Below the pieces are notes generated by a model that worked only from the letters and a program-made list of their open reading frames with translations, was not told the origin of the DNA and ran no database searches. Both the position numbers and the translations under genes were made by a program. From Candidatus Eiseniibacteriota bacterium (GTDB lineage: Bacteria > Eisenbacteria > RBG-16-71-46): a DNA stretch of 64,000 bases. The DNA lies in NCBI GenBank assembly GCA_041483195.1, contig JBGPFC010000002.1, positions 96,001 through 160,000 on the forward strand, given 5' to 3'. Below are positions 9,300 through 23,951 of the stretch, in pieces (positions within the stretch are counted from its first letter, which is position 1; every line of letters begins with the position of its first letter).

Positions 9300-11440
9300 T
9301 TGGCCCACACGGAAATGCGCAAGAGTCGGGTGCTGGTGGCTGCGGCCGGTCTGTTTCTCGGCCTGCTCCTGGTGTGGCTGCGCGTCGCGTGGCTCGCGCT
9401 CGCGTGCCACGGAGCGTACGAGGCGCGGGCCGAGCGCAATCAGGAGCAGCGCGTTCCCCTGAAGGCGGTGCGCGGAGACCTGCTCGACCGCTACGGCCGC
9501 CCGCTCGCGCGCGACCTGGTGACCTGCTCGATCTCCGCGGCGCCGGCCGAGATGAAATCGCCGCGCGCCGTGGCGCGCGAGCTCGCGGCGCTGCTTGCGC
9601 GCGATCCGCTGCCGCTCGAGCGCGCGTTCGAGCGGCGCCCGCGATTCCTCTGGGTCGCGCGGCGCGTGCCCCCGGAGCTCGGCCAGCGCATTCGCGATCG
9701 CGGGTGCGTCGGCGTGTACGTCGGCAACGAGATCCAGCGCGAGTATCCGCTGGGCGCGGCGGCGGCGGAGTTCCTGGGACGCACCGATCTCGACAACAGC
9801 GGAGTCGAGGGTATCGAGCTCGAGCTCGACGAATCGCTTCGCGGCCACGCGGGATGGGCGACGCGATTCCGAGACGGTCGCGGCGGCACGCACGAACTCT
9901 CGCGCGGGCTGAAGCGCGAGCCCCAGAACGGCAGCGACGCGGTGCTCACCCTCGATTCGGACCTGCAGGCCATCGTCGAGAGCCATCTCGCGCGCGCCGT
10001 GGATACGTTGCGCGCGGTGCGCGGCTTCGCGCTGTTCGTGGATCCGCGCACCGGCGAGGTGCTCGCGGCGGTCGACGTTCCGCATCTGGCCGCCGGGAAA
10101 TCCCGCAACTGGACCTTCACCGACATGTACGAGCCCGGCTCGACCTACAAGATGGTCGTGGCGGGCGCGGCGATCGAAGAAGGACTCGCGCGGCCCGATC
10201 AGGTGTTCGAGGCATCCGCGAACGGCGTGTGCCAGGTGGCCCCGGGCGCGGTGTTTCACGACGTCCACAAGGCGGCGAGCTACACCTTCCGCGACGCGGT
10301 GCGCTGGTCGAGCAACATCGTCATGGGGAAGCTTGGAGTCCTGGTCGGGGCGGAGCGGCTCTACCGTTATTCGACGGCGCTCGGATTCGGCAGCCTGACC
10401 GGGATCGACTATCCGGGCGAGAGCGGCGGACACCTGCGGAGTCCCGCGCAGTGGTCGGCGCGCTCCTGTCCGACGATCGCGATCGGCCATGAGATCTCGG
10501 TCACGCCCCTGCAGCTCGTCCTCGCGTACGCGGCGGTCGCGAACGGAGGGGTGTTGATGCAGCCGATGCTGGTGCGCGAGATCCGCGACGCGCACGGCGG
10601 CACGCGGCGGTTCGCGCCCCACGCGTCGCGTCGCGTGTTCAGTCCCGCCACCACGCGCCTGCTCGCCGAGATGCTGACCGCCGTCGTGGACAGCGGTACG
10701 GCGAAGGCCGCTCGGGTTCCCGGACTGGCGATCGCCGGCAAGACCGGCACGGCCCAGAAGTACGACGCGAGCATCGGGACCTATGGCAAGGGCATGTACC
10801 TCTCGTCCTTCGTGGGGTTCGCGCCCGCCGCCGATCCCTGCATCGCCGGCGTGATCGTGATCGACGAGCCCCACGGCAAGCACTACTACGGGGGCGATAT
10901 CGCGGCGCCGGTGTTTCGCAAGGTGATCGAAGACCTCCGGAGGCTTCCGCACGGACCGTTCGACCCCGGCATCTCGCAGATCGCGGTGCGTCCCCCCGAA
11001 CCGGCACCGGTGGTGGTGCCCGACCTGCGGCTGCTGCCGCCGCGCGATGCCGAGCGGACTCTGTTCGCGCTCGGACTCCGCGCGCACATCACCGGCGATG
11101 GCTCACGCGTGCTCGCTCAAGTCCCGCCCGCCGGCGACGCGGTCGAGCGTGGCGCGAGCGTGGCGCTCTGGCTGGAGGCGCCGGGAGACTCGATCGGGCG
11201 TGCCCTGCCGGATCTGCTGGGTCTGCCGGTTCGCGAAGCGCTGCGCCGGCTCACCGTGCGCCAGGTGGAGGCGCGGATCGAGGGGCACGGCGTCGTCGTG
11301 CGGCAGGCCCCCGCGCCCGGTACTCCGTTGCCGCTGGCCGGCGGGGTGAGGTTGTGGTGCGAGCGGCGTGTGACGGGTGTGCCGGCCGTGGCCGGCGCGG
11401 GATCGGCGGTCGCAGCGGCGGCCGCGTACCATGAGGAGCC

Positions 11441-11444
<4 letters not shown>
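9300..11444 (+). CDS. ftsI: Class B PBP FtsI with two C-terminal PASTA domains
   Basis: 'RGDLLDRYG', SxxK 'EPGSTYK', 'SSN', 'GKTGTAQK', two 'VPDL/LPDL' PASTA repeats; start could be ATG 9315. Confidence 0.93.
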
Positions 11445-12972
<1,528 letters not shown>

Positions 12973-12976
<4 letters not shown>

Positions 12977-14397
12977 TCGCGCTCGCCGCCCGGCCGATCC
13001 TGACCCTGCCGCAGCTCGCCCAGCTCTCGAACGGCGACCTCGTGGTGCGCGACATTCCGACCGCGGCCGCGGAGCGCGAGGCGTTCCTGAGGTCCGGGAT
13101 CGACGGCGTGAGCATCGACTCGCGCACGCTGGCTCCTGGCGAACTGTTCGTCCCGCTTCCCGGCACGCGCGTCGACGGTCACGCGTTCATCGCCGGCGCC
13201 TTCGCGCGCGGCGCGGGGGCCGCGCTCTGTGCGCGCGATCGCGTCGCATCGCTCGCCGCGGTTCCATTGGGCCCGCTGATCGTGGTGGACGACGTCACGG
13301 CGGCGCTCCAGAGGATCGCGCACCACTACCGGACCGGCTGGCCGGGATTGCTCATCGGGGTGACGGGCAGCGCCGGCAAGACCACGACCAAGGACCTGGT
13401 CGCTGCGGTGCTCGCGAGCGCCGCTCCGACCCTCAAGACCGAGGGCAATCTGAACAACCACTGGGGCGTGCCGCTGACGCTCCTGCGTCTGCGCCCCGAT
13501 CACCGGGCGGCCGTGATCGAGATGGGCATGAATCACGAGGGTGAAATCGCGCAGCTCGCCGCGCTCGCGGTCCCCGGCGCGGCGATCATCACCGGCGCGG
13601 GCAGCGCCCATCTCGAGCACCTGGGCTCGCGCGAGGCGATCGCGCGCGAGAAGGCCGCGCTCGCGTTCGCGCTCAAGCGGGACGAGGTCGCATTCGTCTC
13701 CGCCGATTCGCCGTTGCTGCTCGCAGCGCTTGAGGGCGCGCCGTGCCGGCGGGTCCGCTACGGGTTCGAGCCCGGCGCCGACGTGCGGCCGCGCGCGGTG
13801 CGCGCGCTCGGGGCCGAGGGCAGCCACATTGAGGTCGATGGTTTCCCCTCGTTCCAGCTGCACCTCGTCGGGCGCCACCAGGTCCCGAACGCGCTCGCGG
13901 CGCTCGCCGTGGCGCGCGAGCTGAAGATCGACCCGGCCGCCGCGGCCTCCGCCCTCGAAGCCTGTCGCGCCGGGCACGGGCGCATGGAGGTGCTCCGCGC
14001 CCGGGGCGCGGTGCTGCTGGTCGACTGCTACAACGCCAACCCCGAGTCCACGCGCGCGGCGCTCGATACGCTCGCGACCTGGCCAGGCGCTTCGCGGCGC
14101 ATCGCGATTCTCGGCGACATGCTGGAGCTGGGCCCCGACGCCGCCCGGTTCCATCGCGAGACCGGGGCGGCGGCGGGGGATGCCGATCTGTGGGCGGTGG
14201 GCGAGCATGCCGCCGACTTCGCGGCGGGCGCGCGGGACGCGGGGGTGTCCGCCACGACATTCCCGAGCATCGCCGCGGTGGCCGAGGCGCTCGCTCGCGC
14301 GCTCGCGCCGGGCGTGGTCGTGCTGCTCAAGGCGTCGCGCGGCGCGCGCCTCGAGCGCGTGCTCGACGGACTCTCAGGGCTCGAAGGGGAGGCGTGA
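12973..14397 (+). CDS. murF: MurF ligase
   Basis: '[11 protein letters not shown]', '[11 protein letters not shown]', 'EMGMNH', 'YNANPES', 'KASRG'. Confidence 0.97.
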
Positions 14398-14401
14398 GCC
14401 C

Positions 14402-15489
<1,088 letters not shown>

Positions 15490-15493
<4 letters not shown>

Positions 15494-16893
15494 CCATCGA
15501 CGCCCGCCACCCGCTGCCCGGCAGCCGCCCGCTGATCGTGGGGGCCGCGCGCTCGGGACTGGCCGCGGCCGAGCTGCTCGCGCGTCACGGGCTGGCGGTG
15601 CGCGTGTGCGACGCGCGGCCCGCTGGGGCGCTGCCGGAAGCCGCGGCGCGGCTGGCCGCGATCGGCGCGGAAGCGGTCTTCGGACGCGACGACGCGGGGC
15701 TGATCGAGGGGAGGGACTTCGTGGTGTGGAGCCCGGGGATACCCGTGAACCATCCGCTCGCGGTGTCGGCGCGGGCGCACGGCGTGCCGCTGCTCTCCGA
15801 GCTCGAGCTCGGGTACCTCGCTGCGCACGCACCGTTCGTGTGCGTCACCGGCACCAACGGCAAGAGCACGACCACCGATCTGGTGGGCGCGCTGCTGCGC
15901 GCGGCGGGCCGCGAGGTCGAAGTGTGCGGCAACATCGGGCGCGCGGTGTGCGAGGTCGCGGAGCGCGTGAGCGTGAGCGGGCTGCTGGTGGTCGAGGTGT
16001 CGTCCTATCAGCTCGAGTCGGTCGAGCGTCTCAAACCGTTCGTCGCGACCTGGCTGAACCTGACGCCGGATCATCTGGAGCGCCATGGCAGCTTCGAACA
16101 CTACGGCGCGCTCAAGCGCCGGCTGTTCGAGCGCCAGGACGACACCGACTACGCGGTGTGGAACGCGGACGATCCCGAGGTCATCCGTCGCCGCGGGGGC
16201 GCGGGCACCTCGCTCACGTTTTCCATGGCGGGTCCGGTGGGCGAAGGCGCGTTCCTGGCCGGCGACACGCTCACGCTCGCATGGCGGGGCGGGATCGAGC
16301 CGCTGATCCCCACGCACGAGCTGCGGCTGCGCGGCCGCCACAATCACGCGAACGTGCTCGCCGCCCTCGCGACCGCGCTCCCGCTCGAGATCGCGCCCGA
16401 GACGCTGCGCTCCGTGTTGCGCGAATACCCGGGACTCGAACACCGCCTGGAGCTGGTGGGAGCGATCGATGGCGTCGAGTTCGTGAACGACTCGAAGGCC
16501 ACCAACTTGAGCTCGCTCGAGGTGGCGCTCGCGAGCTTCGACGCGCCGGTCGTGCTGATCGCCGGCGGGCGCGACAAGGGCCAGGATTTCGGGACGGTGC
16601 GCGAGCTCGCGCGCGAGCGAGTGCGCCACGCGGTGCTGATCGGCGAGGGCGCTCCGCGGATCGCGGCGGCGTGGCAGGGTCTCCCGCTCACCCGCGCCGG
16701 GTCGCTGGCGGAGGCGGTGGATCTCGCGTTCGACCTCGCGAAGCGGGCCGCGGCCGGGCCTGCCGCACCCCCGGCGGCCGTGCTGCTCTCGCCCGGATGC
16801 GCGTCATTCGACATGTTCGCGGACTTCGAGGATCGCGGCCGGCGCTTCAAGGCCGAGGTCCGTCGGCTGCGGCTGGCGGAGGCGCGCGCATGA
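15490..16893 (+). CDS. murD: MurD ligase
   Basis: 'TGTNGKSTTT', 'EVSSYQL', 'PDHLERH', 'NDSKATN', 'LSPGCASFDMF'. Confidence 0.97.
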
Positions 16894-18026
16894 AACGGGG
16901 CGACCGCTGGATCATCGCGCTCGCGTTCGCGCTCACGGCGGTGGGGGTCATCATGGTCTATTCCTCGAGCGCGATCCTGGGGATCACGCGCTATCAGGAT
17001 CCCGACCATTTCCTGGTGCGCCAGCTCCAGCGCGTCGCGCTCGGCGTCGTGGCGCTGGTGATGTGCGCGCGACTCAATCCGCGCCGGCTCGAAATGGCAG
17101 CGCCCTGGCTGCTCGGAATCGCGGCCGCCATGCTGGCGGCGGTGGTGGTGATGGGGCACGTCGCGAACGGCGCGATGCGCTGGCTGTCGTTCGGATTGTT
17201 CTCCGTGCAGCCCACCGACCTCGGGCGCATCGCCTCGGTCGTGTTCCTCGCGTGGTGGCTCAAGCGACATCCTCCCGCGGAGGGCGGTTTCCTGCGCGGG
17301 GTGATCCCGCCACTCGCCATCGTCGGCTGCCTGAGCGGGCTCATCCTGCTCCAGCCCAACCTGAGCAGCGCGGGCCTGCTCGGCCTCACCGGATTTCTCA
17401 TGGTGTTCCTGGCCGGCGCGCGCCTGCGCCACGTCGCGGTCCCGGTCGCCGCCGCGGCGCTCGTGGTCGTCGTCATGCTCCAGACCCATCCGTACCAGAT
17501 GGAGCGGCTCCATACGTTCCTGCGCTTCACGCTCACCGGGGATCTGGACTCGCGCGGAGCGGGGTGGCAGCTCGATCAGTCGCTGATCGCGATCGGGTCG
17601 GGGGGATGGATGGGGCGCGGCATCGGGGGCGGGCTCCAGAAGTATCTGTTCCTTCCGGAAGCACACACCGACTTCATCTTCTCCATTCTGGCCGAGGAGA
17701 TGGGCTTCCTGGGCGCGAGCGTGCTGCTCGTGCTGCTCGCGCTGCTCGTCTGGCGCGGCATGCGCGTCGCGTCGCGCGCGGCGGAGCCTTTCACCGGCCT
17801 GCTCGCTGGAGGACTCACGTTGCAGATCGGCCTGTACGCCATCGTGAATCTCGCGGTCGCCACGGGGCTCGCCCCGACGACCGGATTGCCACTGCCGTTC
17901 GTCTCGTATGGTGGCTCGGCCCTGCTCGCGAACATGGCGGCCGCCGGACTGCTCTACCGCATCAGCGCGATGAACGGCGTCGACGAAGCGCTCGCGCGCC
18001 AGCGCTGGTCCCGGGAGAGCGCATGA
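16890..18026 (+). CDS. ftsW: SEDS peptidoglycan polymerase FtsW
   Basis: 'MVYSSS', 'NGAMRW', 'LPEAHTDFIF', 'GLPLPFVSYGGS'. Confidence 0.95.
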   Translation: MKRGDRWIIALAFALTAVGVIMVYSSSAILGITRYQDPDHFLVRQLQRVALGVVALVMCARLNPRRLEMAAPWLLGIAAAMLAAVVVMGHVANGAMRWLSFGLFSVQPTDLGRIASVVFLAWWLKRHPPAEGGFLRGVIPPLAIVGCLSGLILLQPNLSSAGLLGLTGFLMVFLAGARLRHVAVPVAAAALVVVVMLQTHPYQMERLHTFLRFTLTGDLDSRGAGWQLDQSLIAIGSGGWMGRGIGGGLQKYLFLPEAHTDFIFSILAEEMGFLGASVLLVLLALLVWRGMRVASRAAEPFTGLLAGGLTLQIGLYAIVNLAVATGLAPTTGLPLPFVSYGGSALLANMAAAGLLYRISAMNGVDEALARQRWSRESA

Positions 18027-19165
18027 AAGTGATCATCGCGGGCGGCGGCACCGGCGGGCACGTCTTCCCGGGCATCGCGGTCGCCGAGGAGCTCAAGCGC
18101 CGGCGCCCGAGCTCGACCGTGCTGTTCGTCGGCGGACGGCGGGGGCTGGAGGCGCAGGCCGTACCCGGCGCGGGGTTCGCGATTCGCTACGTCCAGACGC
18201 AGGGATTCCCCCGCCGCGCGTGGTGGCGCTGGCCGCAGGCGCTGATCTCGAACTTCGTCGGGTTCATCCAGTCGCTGTGGATCCTGTGGCAGGAGCGGCC
18301 CGACGTGGTGCTCGGCACCGGCGGCTACGTGAGCGGGCCGGTCGCCCTCGCCGCCTGGATGCTGGGCCGCCCGCTGCTGCTGCAGGAGCAGAACAGCATC
18401 CCCGGCCTCGCCAACCGCTGGCTCGCGCGGATCGCCGACGAGGTGCACCTGTCATTCGTCGAGGCGCGCTCCTACTTCGCGCGCAAGGACAACCTGAAGG
18501 TGAGCGGAAACCCGGTGCGCGCCCACATCCTGAGCGGCGACCGCGCGACAGCTCTGCGGGAGTTCGGACTCGCGAGCGGCAAGCCAACGGTGTTCATCTT
18601 CGGCGGCAGCCGCGGCGCGCACCGCATCAACGAGGCAGCGATCGACGCGATGCGGCGGCTCAAGGGCCGGGTGGACGTCCAGTTCATCCTCCAGACCGGG
18701 CGGGAGGATTTCGACTGGGCGCGCGGCGTCGTCGAGCAGGAACAGCTTCCGGCGAAGGTGTTGCCGTTCCTGCAGCGGATTCACATGGCCTATGCCGCGG
18801 CGGATCTGGTCGTGTGCCGCTCCGGAGCGATGACGCTCGCCGAGATCGCGGTGTGCGGCACGCCCGCCATCCTGATTCCGTATCCCCACGCCGCGCACGG
18901 CCACCAGGTCGTGAACGCCGGAAACCTGGTGGACCGCGGGGCGGCCGCGATGATCGTGGATCGCGAGCTGAGCGGAGAGCGGCTGGCGCGCGAGATCGCG
19001 CATCTGGTGAGCGACCGCCAGACCCTGTCGCGCATGTCGGCCAACGCGCGCACCTTCGCGCGGCCCGACGCTGCGGAGCGCATCGTGAAGAGCCTCGAGC
19101 GGTGGTCGGCGGGCCGCAAGGCCGCGCGGGACGCGGCCGGCTCGAGCGAAGGCGGGGGGCGCTGA
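18023..19165 (+). CDS. murG: MurG GlcNAc transferase
   Basis: 'GGGTGGHVFPG', 'EQNSIPG', 'GGSRGA', 'RSGAMT'. Confidence 0.98.
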   Translation: MKVIIAGGGTGGHVFPGIAVAEELKRRRPSSTVLFVGGRRGLEAQAVPGAGFAIRYVQTQGFPRRAWWRWPQALISNFVGFIQSLWILWQERPDVVLGTGGYVSGPVALAAWMLGRPLLLQEQNSIPGLANRWLARIADEVHLSFVEARSYFARKDNLKVSGNPVRAHILSGDRATALREFGLASGKPTVFIFGGSRGAHRINEAAIDAMRRLKGRVDVQFILQTGREDFDWARGVVEQEQLPAKVLPFLQRIHMAYAAADLVVCRSGAMTLAEIAVCGTPAILIPYPHAAHGHQVVNAGNLVDRGAAAMIVDRELSGERLAREIAHLVSDRQTLSRMSANARTFARPDAAERIVKSLERWSAGRKAARDAAGSSEGGGR

Positions 19166-20563
19166 ATGTACGGGCGCACGCACCGCATCCACTTCATCGG
19201 CATCGGCGGCTCCGGCATGTGCGGGATCGCCGAGGTGCTGCTGAATCTGGGCTACCAGGTCTCGGGGAGCGATCTCAAGCTCGGCGAGATCACCGATCGC
19301 CTGGTGGCGCTGGGCGGCCGCGTGTTCCAGGGCCACGCGCCGTCGAACGTGGAGGGCGCGCAGGTCGTCGTGTTTTCGAGCGCGGTGCGGCCCGAGAATT
19401 CCGAGCTCGAAGCCGCGCGCGCCGCAGGGATTCCGGTGATCGGGCGCGCCGAGATGCTGGCCGAGCTCATGCGCATGAAATACGGGGTCGCGGTGGGCGG
19501 CTCCCACGGCAAGACCACGACCACCTCGATGATCGCGGCGGTGCTCGCACGCGGTGGGCTCGACCCCACGATCGTGGTCGGCGGCCGCCTGCGCGCGATC
19601 GGCTCGAACGCGATCCTCGGCCACGGGCGCTTCCTGATCGCCGAGGCCGACGAGAGCGACGGCTCGTTTCTCCGGTTGAGCCCGGCCGTCGCGGTGATCA
19701 CCAACATTGATCGCGAACATCTCGACCACTACGCGGGGCTCGAAGCGATCCGCCAGGCGTTCGTGTACTTCGCGAACCGCGTTCCGTTCTACGGCGTGAC
19801 GGTGTTATGCGCGGACGATCCGCAGGTGCGCGAGATCCTGCCCTCGGTGGCGAAGCGCACGACGCTCTACGGCACGAGGCCCGAGGCACAGGTCCGCGCG
19901 TCGCGCGTCGAGCTCACTCCCGGCGGCTCGCGATTCGTCGTGCACGCGTTTGGCCGCGAGCTGGGCGCGATCGAGCTGCAGGTTCCCGGCCGGCACAACG
20001 CGCTGAACGCGCTGGCGGCGGCCGCGGTCGGTCTCGAGGTCGAGGTGGGATTCGAGCACATCGCGGAATCGCTGGGGGCGTTCCATGGGGTCGCGCGCCG
20101 GTTCGAGACGCGCGGCGAGATCGCCGGGGTGCGGGTGGTGGACGACTACGGGCACCATCCCACGGAGATCGCGGTCACGCTCGCGGCCGCGCGCACGCTG
20201 GGCGGCCGCGTGCTGGTCATCTTCCAGCCCCACCGCTACACGCGCACCGCGCTCCTGCGCGAGGAATTCGGCGGCGCCTTCCGCGACGCCGATCGCGCGT
20301 GGGTGCTCGACATCTACGCGGCGGGGGAGACGCCGATCGCCGGGATCTCGGGTCGCACCATCGTCGAGAGCGCGCACGAGCAGGGCGCCACGAACGTCGG
20401 GTACGCGCCCGATGGCGCTGCGGCGGTCGCGGGCGTCGTCGCAGAGGCCCGGCCCGGCGATCTCGTGCTCACGCTGGGCGCCGGCGACGTGTGGAAGCTG
20501 GCGGAGGAGATCCTCGCGCTGCTCGCGACCGGCGCGCAGGCGGAGCAGGGGCGCGTCCGATGA
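19166..20563 (+). CDS. murC: MurC ligase
   Basis: 'IHFIGIGGSGM', 'HGKTTTT', 'EADESDGSF', 'DDYGHHPTE'. Confidence 0.98.
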   Translation: MYGRTHRIHFIGIGGSGMCGIAEVLLNLGYQVSGSDLKLGEITDRLVALGGRVFQGHAPSNVEGAQVVVFSSAVRPENSELEAARAAGIPVIGRAEMLAELMRMKYGVAVGGSHGKTTTTSMIAAVLARGGLDPTIVVGGRLRAIGSNAILGHGRFLIAEADESDGSFLRLSPAVAVITNIDREHLDHYAGLEAIRQAFVYFANRVPFYGVTVLCADDPQVREILPSVAKRTTLYGTRPEAQVRASRVELTPGGSRFVVHAFGRELGAIELQVPGRHNALNALAAAAVGLEVEVGFEHIAESLGAFHGVARRFETRGEIAGVRVVDDYGHHPTEIAVTLAAARTLGGRVLVIFQPHRYTRTALLREEFGGAFRDADRAWVLDIYAAGETPIAGISGRTIVESAHEQGATNVGYAPDGAAAVAGVVAEARPGDLVLTLGAGDVWKLAEEILALLATGAQAEQGRVR

Positions 20564-21372
20564 GCCTCTACCAGGGGCGCGCGCTGCGCGCCGAGCCGCC
20601 CCGCCGGCGCGGCGGGAAGATCCGGCGCGTGTTCGCGATGCTGGGGCTGGTCGTGACGATCGCCGCCCTCGCGCACCTGCCGTGGAGCGCGATGCGTGAT
20701 CGCTGGGCCGTGGTGAGCGACGTGAGGGTCGAGGGCGTTCACTACCTGACCGCCGCGCGCGTGCGCGCGATTGCCGGAGTGGACCGCGGCGCGGACCTGT
20801 TCGCGTTCGACGCGGCGCGCGCGCGCCAACGGCTGCTGCTCGATCCGCGCGTCCGGGCCGCGCGAGTCGGAAGCGGCGGCCTGCGCTCGCTCGTCATCCG
20901 GATCGAGGAGCGTGTCCCGGTGCTGCTGGTCGAGCACGGCGTGCCGTGGGAGATGGACTCCGCCGGGGTGCTGCTGGCGCCGCTCGCGAACGGCGTGACC
21001 GCCGACCTCCCGTTGCTCGCCGGGCCGGCGTTCGCCGCGCTGCCCGCAGGCGCCCGGGTCGGCTCGATCCAGGTACGGAGGGGGCTCGCGTGGATGCAGG
21101 CGCTGAGCGCGCAGGAACTCGCGCTCGGCGGGCAGATCTCGGAGATCGACGTGTCGGACCCGCGCGCCACCTCGCTGTTGCTCATGAACGGCACGCGGGT
21201 GCTGTCGCCGGCGTGGCCGCCCGCGACCCGCACCCTCTCCGCGCTCCGGGTCGTGCTCGCCGATCTCGCGCATCGCGGCACCCAGGCGCAGGAAGTGGAT
21301 CTTCGATTCGAGAATCAGGTCATCGTCCGGCCGGTCGCGGCTTCCACGGCGCCGGCCTCGCAACGCAGTTAG
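20560..21372 (+). CDS. ftsQ: Cell division protein FtsQ/DivIB
   Basis: TM plus POTRA ('VRVEGVHYL...IRIEER') and 'EVDLRFENQVIV'; precedes ftsA. Confidence 0.85.
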   Translation: MSLYQGRALRAEPPRRRGGKIRRVFAMLGLVVTIAALAHLPWSAMRDRWAVVSDVRVEGVHYLTAARVRAIAGVDRGADLFAFDAARARQRLLLDPRVRAARVGSGGLRSLVIRIEERVPVLLVEHGVPWEMDSAGVLLAPLANGVTADLPLLAGPAFAALPAGARVGSIQVRRGLAWMQALSAQELALGGQISEIDVSDPRATSLLLMNGTRVLSPAWPPATRTLSALRVVLADLAHRGTQAQEVDLRFENQVIVRPVAASTAPASQRS

Positions 21373-21397
21373 CCCTCACAGGGAGGTGGGCATCGCC

Positions 21398-22636
21398 ATG
21401 GGACAGGTTTCCCGGACATTCGTGGGACTCGACATCGGCACCACCAAGATTTCGTGCATCGTCGCCGACCAGAACGGCAGCGGCGAGCTGCGCGTGGTGG
21501 GCGTGGGCAACGCCCCCAGCGAGGGGCTGCGCCGCGGCGTGGTCGTCGATCTCGAGAAGACCGTGCACAGCATTCGGCGTGCGGTGGAAGAGGCCGAGCG
21601 GATGGCGGGCGTCCCGGCGCGAGCGGTGACCGCCGGGATCGCGGGCGACCACATCCGCAGCATCAACAGCCGCGGGGTGATCGCGGTCTCGCGCAAGGAC
21701 AACGAGATCGGACCGTCCGATGTCGAACGCGTGATCGAAGCCGCCAAGGCGATCGCGATCCCGATGGACCGGGAGATCATCCACGTCATCCCTCAGGAAT
21801 TCATCGTCGACGATCAGGATGGTATCAAGGACCCGATCGGGATGAGCGGCGTGCGTCTCGAGGCGGAGATCCACATCATCACCGGGGCCGTGACCTCGGC
21901 GAAGAACATCTGCCGGGCGATCCAGCGCGCGGGATTCAAGGTCGCGGACCTGGTGCTCGAGCCGCTCGCATCGGCCAACGCGGTGCTGTGTCCCGATGAG
22001 CGCGATCTCGGGGTCGTGCTGCTCGACCTCGGCGGCGGCACCACCGATGTCGCGGTGTTCTTCGAGGGCTCGATCCGCCACACCGCGATCGTCCCGTTCG
22101 GCGGCGCGAACGTGACGAACGACATCGCGATCGGATTGCGCACCCCGATCGACAAGGCGGAACAGATCAAGATCCAGCACGGCTGCGCGCTCGCGGCGCT
22201 GGTGCCGGCCGACCAGACCATCACGGTGTCGGGCGTGGGGGGCCGGGCCGACCGCGAGATCTCGCGCCACGTGCTGGCCTCGATGATCGAGCCGCGCATG
22301 GAGGAGATCTTCGCCCTCGCGAACAAGGAGGTGAAGAAGAACCACTTCGCCGAGCTGCTGGGCGGGGGGGTGGTGCTGACCGGCGGGACCTCCCTGATGC
22401 CCGGGGTGGTCGAGCTCGCCGAACAGGTGTTCGAGATGCCGGTGCGGCTGGGCGTTCCGCAGGGGCTGGGCGGGCTCTCGGCCAACGTCGCCGATCCACG
22501 CTTCGCCACCGGCGTGGGGCTGGTGCTTCACGCCGCGATGGGAGAGGGAGCCGAGACCGCAGGCCGCGAACGCCGCGGTCACGGAGAGAGAGCCCGCGGG
22601 TTCGACCTGCGACGCTGGTTCACCGATTTGTTCTGA
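21398..22636 (+). CDS. ftsA: Cell division protein FtsA
   Basis: 'GLDIGTTKI', 'DLGGGTTD', 'LTGG'; C-terminal amphipathic 'LRRWFTDLF'; SD GGGAGG. Confidence 0.98.
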   Translation: MGQVSRTFVGLDIGTTKISCIVADQNGSGELRVVGVGNAPSEGLRRGVVVDLEKTVHSIRRAVEEAERMAGVPARAVTAGIAGDHIRSINSRGVIAVSRKDNEIGPSDVERVIEAAKAIAIPMDREIIHVIPQEFIVDDQDGIKDPIGMSGVRLEAEIHIITGAVTSAKNICRAIQRAGFKVADLVLEPLASANAVLCPDERDLGVVLLDLGGGTTDVAVFFEGSIRHTAIVPFGGANVTNDIAIGLRTPIDKAEQIKIQHGCALAALVPADQTITVSGVGGRADREISRHVLASMIEPRMEEIFALANKEVKKNHFAELLGGGVVLTGGTSLMPGVVELAEQVFEMPVRLGVPQGLGGLSANVADPRFATGVGLVLHAAMGEGAETAGRERRGHGERARGFDLRRWFTDLF

Positions 22637-22724
22637 TCCATCACCGCCTCATACCCGGCGGATCTCGCGCGCGTACGGATCGTCCGTCCGCGCCGCCGGC
22701 GGGGAAGGCACAGGGAGCCGTGCC

Positions 22725-23864
22725 ATGTTCGAGCTGGAGATCGAGAACACCAACACCGCGAAGCTGAAGGTCATCGGGTGCGGCGGCGCGGGCGGAAACG
22801 CGGTCAATCGCATGATCGGCGCCGGCCTGCGCGGCGTGGAGTTCATCGTCGCGAACACCGACGTGCAGGCCCTCAATCAGTCGCTCGCCCCGCACCGGAT
22901 TCAAATTGGAATGAGCGCGACCCGCGGGCTGGGCTCGGGAGGCGATCCCACGCAGGGCCGGGCCGCGGCCGAGGAGGACACCCAGTCCATCTCCGACGCG
23001 CTCAACGACAGCGACATGGTGTTCATCACCGCCGGCATGGGTGGCGGCACCGGCACCGGGGCGGCGCCGGTCGTCGCGCGCCTCGCGAAGCAGACCGGCG
23101 CGCTGACGGTCGCGGTCGTGACCAAGCCGTTCCAGTTCGAGGGTCGGCGGCGCATGCGGCAGGCCGACGAAGGCCTCGCCGAGCTGCGTGCCGAGGTCGA
23201 CACGCTGATCGTGATTCCCAACGAGCGGCTGCTCTCCGTCGTCGACAAGGGCACGTCGCTGTCGGACGCGTTCAGCGTGTGCGACGAGGTGCTGCTCAAG
23301 GCGACCAAGGGGATCTCGGATCTCGTCACCGTCCCGGGGATCGTCAACCTCGACTTCGCGGACGTGAAGGCGGTGATGTCGAATCGCGGGAACGCGCTGA
23401 TGGGCACCGGCCGCGCCTCGGGTTCGAACCGCGCGACGGAGGCCGCGCAGGCCGCCGTGTCGAGCCCGTTGCTCGAAGACGTCTCGATCGCGGGAGCGGA
23501 AGGCGTGCTCGTCAACATCACCGGGGGTCGCGATCTCACGCTGCACGAGGTCAACGAGGCCGCCGGCGTCGTGGTGGGCGCGGCGGGCGAGGATGCGAAC
23601 GTGATCTTCGGAGCGGTGATCGATCCCAACATGGACGGCGAGATCATGATCACGGTGGTCGCCACCGGATTCGGTCACGTCGAGCCGCGGCTGCGCCTGA
23701 TCGACAAGGCGCGAGCGGCCGCCGATGGCGAGGAGGACGGTGAGCTGAAACACCCGCAGCCCTGGAAGCGGGGCGATGACACCCGCGCCTCGCGCTGGAG
23801 CCGCTCCGGGACGCGCGGCGAATCCCTCGAGGTCCCGACGTTCCTGCGGCGGCAGATGGACTGA
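22725..23864 (+). CDS. ftsZ: Cell division protein FtsZ
   Basis: 'GMGGGTGTG', 'NLDFADV', C-terminal '[12 protein letters not shown]'. Confidence 0.99.
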   Translation: MFELEIENTNTAKLKVIGCGGAGGNAVNRMIGAGLRGVEFIVANTDVQALNQSLAPHRIQIGMSATRGLGSGGDPTQGRAAAEEDTQSISDALNDSDMVFITAGMGGGTGTGAAPVVARLAKQTGALTVAVVTKPFQFEGRRRMRQADEGLAELRAEVDTLIVIPNERLLSVVDKGTSLSDAFSVCDEVLLKATKGISDLVTVPGIVNLDFADVKAVMSNRGNALMGTGRASGSNRATEAAQAAVSSPLLEDVSIAGAEGVLVNITGGRDLTLHEVNEAAGVVVGAAGEDANVIFGAVIDPNMDGEIMITVVATGFGHVEPRLRLIDKARAAADGEEDGELKHPQPWKRGDDTRASRWSRSGTRGESLEVPTFLRRQMD

Positions 23865-23951
23865 CACGCCGGACCGTCACCATCTGAGCGCGACCGCCCG
23901 CGGGGCTCGATGGCCGCGGGCCAGCGGCCCGCGCCAAAACAGGAGTGTGCT

